NCBI GenBank assembly: GCA_000388065.2
Contig: KB932203.1
Source: Fonticula alba ATCC 38817
Lineage: Eukaryota > Protista > Nucleariida
DNA: 13,917 nt
Direction: 5' to 3' (one strand)
Position numbers and translations under genes: made by a program. The notes under the pieces were generated by a model. It had not been told where the DNA came from. It ran no database searches and saw only the letters and a list, made by a program, of their open reading frames with translations. Shown here one piece after another: positions 8,858-13,917 of the stretch. The stretch's first letter is position 1, and each line of letters begins with the position of its first letter.

Positions 8858-10298
8858 ACCCCGTCAAAGGCCCCATCGTCTGGGCCGGCATCCACGGAAG
8901 AGCCGGGACCCCGGCCAGTCAGCTCCGCCGGAGCGCGGTCCCCCTCCCCCCCGCCCCGCCCCCACGACACCAGGGCACCGCCGTCAAAGACAGCCCCAGA
9001 CCTGGCGAGACCCGACCGGAGCCGCAAAACGCTCTATCGCTTGCGGGGGGGATGGCAGGACGGCATGCGCCTGGGGGTGTGTATGTTCCCCCCCGAGAAA
9101 CAACCCCCCCAACCCAAAAAAAAAAACAAAACAACACCAAAGAACGCACGCCAACGAAAACCAAAAACACAACAGAAAAGAAAACGAGCCCAAAACCACA
9201 CCGTGCGGGGCACCGCCCCCCCCCCCCGGCGGCGGCACATTCCAGGCCTCCGGGCATGCGCTGATCACGGGAAGCATCAGCTGCACGTCTGCGGCCTTAT
9301 TTGAAAGGCGTGCTCGCAGAAAAAGAAAAAAAAGCCCCACGGCCCTCCGCCGGAGAGAGAAGCACCGGACACGCCCGCTTTTCTGTGCGGGCTCCCCGCC
9401 CCCCGGCCCCCGCTCCCGCCCCCCCCCCCCCTGGAAAGAAGGGCGACAGAGAACGTGGAGGACGCCACAACGTGTGGTCGTGGGAGTGGCTCCGTCGCGC
9501 GGCCCTCGGACGCACACCCACACGCACGATGGCCCAAACCGAGAGGAGGGGGCGCGCAGGAGGCACGTGTGTCCCTCCCCCCTCCTGCCGCGCACACGCA
9601 AGAGGCAGCAGGGAGAAAGGGAGAAGGGGAGAGAGAGAGAGAGAGGGGTGTATATTTTGTAATATAATTCACAGGGGGAGGGGGGAAAGAAACGCGCGCA
9701 GGGGGGGGGGGGGGACGCGCGCGCGCCACATCCCAGAAGGCGGGAGGAGACGGGATGTGCTTGTCGTGTTTGAAGAGCCGTTGTTCTCCCTCTTTTTGGC
9801 CCGGATCTCCCCCGGCACTTGGAGGCGCGCGTCTCGCGGCGCGGGGGCGCGGGGGCGCGCGCACGCACGCACGAGACACGATGCACAGAAAAGGCAGGAG
9901 GATAATATTGGCCCGGGGAAAAGAGCAGACACCAGGGGGGGGGGGGAAGGAGGGGGCCGCCGCGCAGGGATGCGCACGGATGTGTGTGTGTGTGTAAAGA
10001 GAGAGGGGAGTCGCCACTGGGGAGGGGGAAAGCAGCATGTGTATACGCGCGCGCGCTGCTGCCGGGGGACCCCCGCACACATCGCGTCGCCTCGCTGCCG
10101 TGCGTGCTGGTGCACAGCCGCCGGGGAGGGGGGGGGGGCGACACGCGCCAGAGGCAGAGAGAGGCAGAGAGAGAGAGAGAGGAGGCCCCCCTCCCAAGGC
10201 TCCCTATACTAGAGGGGGGAGGTGGTGCGGGGTCTAGGCCGCGGGGCGGGCGCGGCGCGGAGAGAGGGGCATCGCGCGCGCGAGCGGGATAGGCCAAC

Positions 10299-11012
10299 TT
10301 ACTCGACGAAGCCCTTGCCCTGGTAGCCGGGGCTGGAGATACCAGTGTGCACGCTCATGTTGTTGGCCTTGGCATACTGGTTGCTGGCCTCCTGCCACTC
10401 GGGGGTACGAGTGGGGGTCTTGTTGCGCTCCTTGCCTGTTGATCGTGCGCGCGCGCGCACGCGTGTGTGTGTGGGGGGGGGGCATGTGTGAGTATCTTCC
10501 TTCTAGCCGTGGGGCGCACCAGGGTGCGGCAGGAGGGCTCCCTTCGCCGCGCGGAAAAGGGAGAGAGCGCAGACGTACCGAAGGCCATGGTGCCGTAGAA
10601 GGTGGCGACGGAGGCGCCGATCAGGGCAAAAGTGCCAAGGAAGACCTTCATGCCGTCCTTGGTGGGCTTGGGCTCAGAGCCGAAGGCCAGGAAGTAGAGG
10701 TCGCGCTTCTGGCCCATGGAGAGCTTGGTCCAGTCGGCGGTCTGGAGCTTGAGGAGCTCGGCGGAGGCGGCCTCGCGCTGAGCCAGGGTCATGGAGGCCC
10801 AGCGGGACTCGAGGGAGGCGACGGTGGAGGTCTGCGGGGGGGGGGGGAGGGTGGCGAGAGGGAGGAAAGAGGGGCGCGGTGAGACCACACATGGCGCGGT
10901 GGGGGGGGGAGGGGCGGGAGGAAGCGCGGCGGGGCGCGACACGCACAGTGGAGGCCATGCGGCGGGGGACGGCGGCAACGCCGCGGGAGACGGTGGAGAG
11001 GCGAGCGAACAT
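10299..11012 (-). CDS. COX4: Cytochrome c oxidase subunit IV family (mammalian COX4 / yeast Cox5a-5b type), 3 coding exons, about 151 aa
   Basis: Inferred exons (minus): 10947-11012, 10579-10831, 10299-10435; total 456 nt, TAA at 10299-10301. Protein: MFARLSTVSRGVAAVPRRMAST (Arg/Ser-rich, no acidic residues, presequence-like) + TSTVASLESRWASMTLAQREAASAELLKLQTADWTKLSMGQKRDLYFLAFG + one TM segment (VFLGTFALIGASVATFYGTMAF) + PTRTPEWQEASNQYAKANNMSVHTGISSPGYQGKGFVE*. This matches my recollection of fungal Cox5 (L-x-x-R-W, W-x-x-L-S/T-x-x-E/Q-K, EWQ). Confidence 0.92.
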
Positions 11013-11749
11013 CCTGCAAAGACACACGCAGGCAAGGGCGCGCACGAGGGGCCGGAGCGGGGGGGAGGAGGCGATCACAGGGGGAACAAGAGAATCAGTA
11101 TGTGTACAGGGGGAGGAGGCGAGGGGGAGGGAGAGAGGGAGGAGGGGGCATTGCGCGCGCGCGCGCGGTCACAAGGGCAGGGGGATCGGCATGCGCGAGT
11201 GGACGCCGGCACGGTGCGCGCGCGCAACGACAGGACACATAGTGCGCGGTGCGCGCCTCCCCGGGCACGCCGCCGCGCGGGGGCCGACACGGCCACGGCG
11301 GCCATCGCCAAGGACCACACCGAGGGGTGAGCAGCCCCCAGGGCGATGTGCGCGACGGCGCGGGAGCAAGCGGGGAAACACGGCCCGCGGACGCGCGCGC
11401 GCTCGCGTGCTCCGCCAGACTGCTGCTGCCAGCGACCAGGCGGGCTGAGCCGGCCACCAAGCGGGCGGACCCTCGCGCGAGCCGGAGAAAAGAAAGAGAG
11501 AGAGCGCGCGCGCGCGCGCGCGCGAGGTGGACGAAGGACAGGAGGACGGAGTGGCGAAGGGGCGGGCGGAGAATGCAAGGGGGAGGCAGAGCGAGGCGAC
11601 AGGAGAGGAGGAGGGGATATGTACTTGGTAGTGGAATCAAGGGAGAATACCAAACCAAACTGTTGGGTGGTGTGCCGCCCGGGCGCTCGGACCGGAGGGG
11701 GGAGCCCGAAAAAGTCGTGACCCCTTCGAGAAAGCGACGCAGTCCTTCG

Positions 11750-11800
<51 letters not shown>

Positions 11801-11810
11801 NNNNNNNNNN

Positions 11811-11845
<35 letters not shown>

Positions 11846-11875
11846 CCCCCCCCCCCCCCCCCCCCCCCCCCCCCC
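11750..11875. repeat. Long poly-C tract containing a 10-N gap (11801-11810)
   Basis: C run 11750-11800, N10, C run 11811-11875 with a single G at 11845. Confidence 0.9.
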
Positions 11876-12589
11876 TGCTGACGCCTGGGGCGTGGCTGCC
11901 GTCACACGCGCGCGCGCCGGCTCCGGGGATGACGCGCGCGCGCGCCCGCGCCCCCGAGGGCCGGAGGCCCCCAGGCAGCCTGGCACCCCCCATCGCCCGC
12001 CGGAGGGCGGTGTGGACAAGGGCCCGAGCCACGGCCCGCGTCGGATTCGGTCCCTCGTCCCCCCGGCGGTTCCTCGCCGGCCGCGCCCCGCGCTGTCCGG
12101 CGCAGGGGGAAAATGGCGAAAGCGCCGGCGGCCCAGCCTGGGCGCGGCTCGCGCATTCACGAAGGCCACCCACGCAACGCGGCCGACCAATATAACCCCG
12201 CCCTCGACGGCGCCCACAGCCGGCGAGGGGGGGAGGGCCCCCGGGGGGGGGGGGACCATGGGCAGGTGTCGGTACACGACCAGACCCTTCCACAACCTCG
12301 CCGCAGACCCGGGTCCGCCGGGAGGAAGGGCAAGCGGCGAGCAGGGGGTTGCATTGTACCCCGGAGACACGACGCGCCAGCATACGGCGGTCGAGACGCG
12401 CGCGAGGCCGGCTCCGGGCCGGCTGGCTGCAGCGGGAGGGACACACCCCTGCCTCGGCCGATGGGCGCGCCCGGGATGTACCATTCCCAGAGGGGCGCCC
12501 TCCTGGGAACACCATTCCGACCCTCAACTAGGCCAACAACGTGTGCCGAACCCCGCGTCCTGTGAATCATGAGGGATGCGCGGGTCATA

Positions 12590-12598
12590 ATGAGTCAT
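12590..12598. promoter_or_regulatory. AP-1/GCN4-type bZIP site ATGAGTCAT
   Basis: Exact match to the ATGA(C/G)TCAT pseudo-palindrome, with a near-match GTGAATCAT at 12562-12570; binding not demonstrated. Confidence 0.35.
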
Positions 12599-13205
12599 TT
12601 GGCCGCGCAGGCCCGGACGGCATGTGATCATCCCCGTGGAGATCACACCCTCGCCACCAACCTGTGGCGATCCCGGGCCTCTGCCTTTTCCTTTTGTTTT
12701 TTTTTTTTGTTTTTTCTCATGCTATACGCGGGCATGCGCTGCATCCTGCCCGTGTCCGTCTGTCCGTCCGTCCGCCGCTTCTCGCTCTTGCCCCCGGGGC
12801 GCGGCCTTGGGAAGGAATAAAAAAGGTGTTTATGTGTGGATGGGCCTGGGCAAGGGGACAAAGGCGCAAGGGGGAATGTGGAAGAAGGGAGAAACAGGCA
12901 GAGGGAGACACCAAAGGCACATATTATGTGGGCCAGGGAGGGGGAGGCCCCATATGTGCGAGGGGGTGCGGCATGCGCTTCGGCCCGGCCTCCTCCCTCT
13001 CGCGGATGGGGCACTGAATGGGGGGGGGGGGGGGGGGGAACAAAACCCGCGACTCCCCCCCCCCCTGGGGGGCCCTTCCGCGGGTGCCTCCCCCCCCCCC
13101 CCCCCTTGATGCCTCTTGTGGCGACTTCCCTTTTGGTCCTGTGCCTGTTCGCTCGAAGGGACAGAGAGAGAGAGAGAGAGAGGTGGGGCAACGCACTGCG
13201 CTCCC

Positions 13206-13620
13206 TTAGACCATGGGCGAAGCGCTGCTGGCGGGGCGGCGCTGCTCGCCGAGCGAGCGGATGATGTGGATGTTCATGATGGCCGGGCCAACACGCGACG
13301 CGACCACCAGGTCGTCCCCATGTCGCCGCATGAGGTACCGGAGCTTCTGGCATTCGAAGTCCCGCACGGTTTGGATCAGCTCGCCGGTGTGGCGCCAGAA
13401 GACGTCGATCTGCGAGGCACCGAAGCTGAGGATCTTGTTCTCGCGAATCGGCAGCACCGCCATCGGGGTGTTGCGCCAAGAGAAGATCGGCCCCACCCGG
13501 CGGAAGTTGTTGACATCCAAGAAGAACCCGGAGTTCCGGTACACCAGCAGCGGCTGCCGGTGGTTGATGACCGCCAGGCTGTGGGGGACATCCTTCTCCT
13601 CGAGGCGGATGACCTTGGCC
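13206..13620 (-). CDS. Terminal exon of a protein with a C-terminal citron-homology (CNH) domain (MAP4K/MRCK/ROM-GEF-like); the 5' part lies outside the window
   Basis: Acceptor ccacag| at 13621/13620 (phase 2), with CTGAC branch-like motifs near 13677-13688. Reads AKVIRLEEKDVPHSLAVINHRQPLLVYRNSGFFLDVNNFRRVGPIFSWRNTPMAVLPIRENKILSFGASQIDVFWRHTGELIQTVRDFECQKLRYL...SPMV*. The pattern LLxY...GxFxD...W...P...L-x-F....IDV....TGELIQT...LRYL fits the end of a CNH beta-propeller. Third positions are strongly G/C. Confidence 0.75.
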
Positions 13621-13757
13621 CTGTGGTGTAGGTGGGGGCACCCACACAAGGGGCGAGGAAAGAGCGGGGGGGGGGGTGTCAGTGTCAGCGAAGCGCAGAG
13701 TGGCCGGGCAGAAGAGGGGAGGAGGGAGAGAGGGGGAAAGAACGAAAAGGAGGGAGG

Positions 13758-13917
13758 AAAAGAGAGACAGAGAAAAAGATAGATAGAGAGAGACAGAGAG
13801 AGACAGAGAGAGACAGAGAGAGAAGGACAGAGAGAGAGACAGAGAGAGACAGAGAGAGAAAGACAGAGAGAGAGAGAGAAAGAAAGACAGAGAGAGACAG
13901 AGAGAGACAGAGAGAGA
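13758..13917. repeat. Compound (GA)n/(GACA-GAGA)n microsatellite inside the CNH-gene intron
   Basis: agagagacagagag units repeated to the end of the window. Confidence 0.95.

Noticed and set aside
9052-9264. 70-aa Lys/Thr/Asn-rich ORF downstream of the + strand TATA box
   Set aside because: Translation of an A/C-rich low-complexity tract, with composition opposite to that of the real genes.
9256-9306. Hairpin GCTGAT/ATCAGC with GATCACGGGAAG, then TGCAC and ATTTG, resembling U1 loop and Sm motifs
   Set aside because: Spacing is far too compressed for U1 and there is no ACUUAC 5' end.
9727-9759. 8-bp inverted repeat CACATCCC/GGGATGTG
   Set aside because: An isolated stem with a 17-nt loop, no target-site duplication or partner structure; plausible by chance.
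12683-12692. GCCTTTTCC resembling U5 loop 1 (GCCUUUUAC)
   Set aside because: One mismatch in an invariant loop and no enclosing stem.
191-13782. Dozens of long Pro/Arg/Gly/Ala-rich ORFs in the six-frame track (e.g. 2252-4135, 6427-8301, 8984-10297, 11075-12484)
   Set aside because: Stop-codon scarcity at very high GC. They run through microsatellites, N-gaps or the antisense of real exons and show no recognisable domains.
1-13917. Transposon, retroelement, CRISPR or rRNA signatures
   Set aside because: No transposase, reverse-transcriptase or integrase motifs, terminal repeats, repeat-spacer arrays or rRNA-like conserved segments were recognised.

Overview
Very GC-rich, intron-containing eukaryotic genomic DNA with many microsatellites and three N-gaps. 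The sequence style and a fungal-like COX4-family subunit suggest a unicellular opisthokont such as a Fonticula-like holomycotan (inference only). Most long ORFs in the supplied track are artefacts of high GC. Splicing by eye gives four complete genes with frame-consistent exons: an epsinR/Ent3-type ENTH protein (-), RRP7 (+), an AMSH/STAMBP JAMM deubiquitinase (-) and a cytochrome c oxidase subunit IV (yeast Cox5-type) (-). The last exon of a CNH-domain gene (-) is also present. I found no mobile element, CRISPR array or confidently identifiable RNA gene, and no clearly novel multi-gene system. The best leads are: (1) all 13 inferred introns start GT[G/A/C]CG[T/C], with +4C and +5G invariant; (2) a duplicated PDELExLRxEFxG motif in the AMSH linker; (3) a possible unannotated + strand transcription unit at about 12.2-12.8 kb; (4) a weak U1-snRNA-like segment upstream of AMSH.
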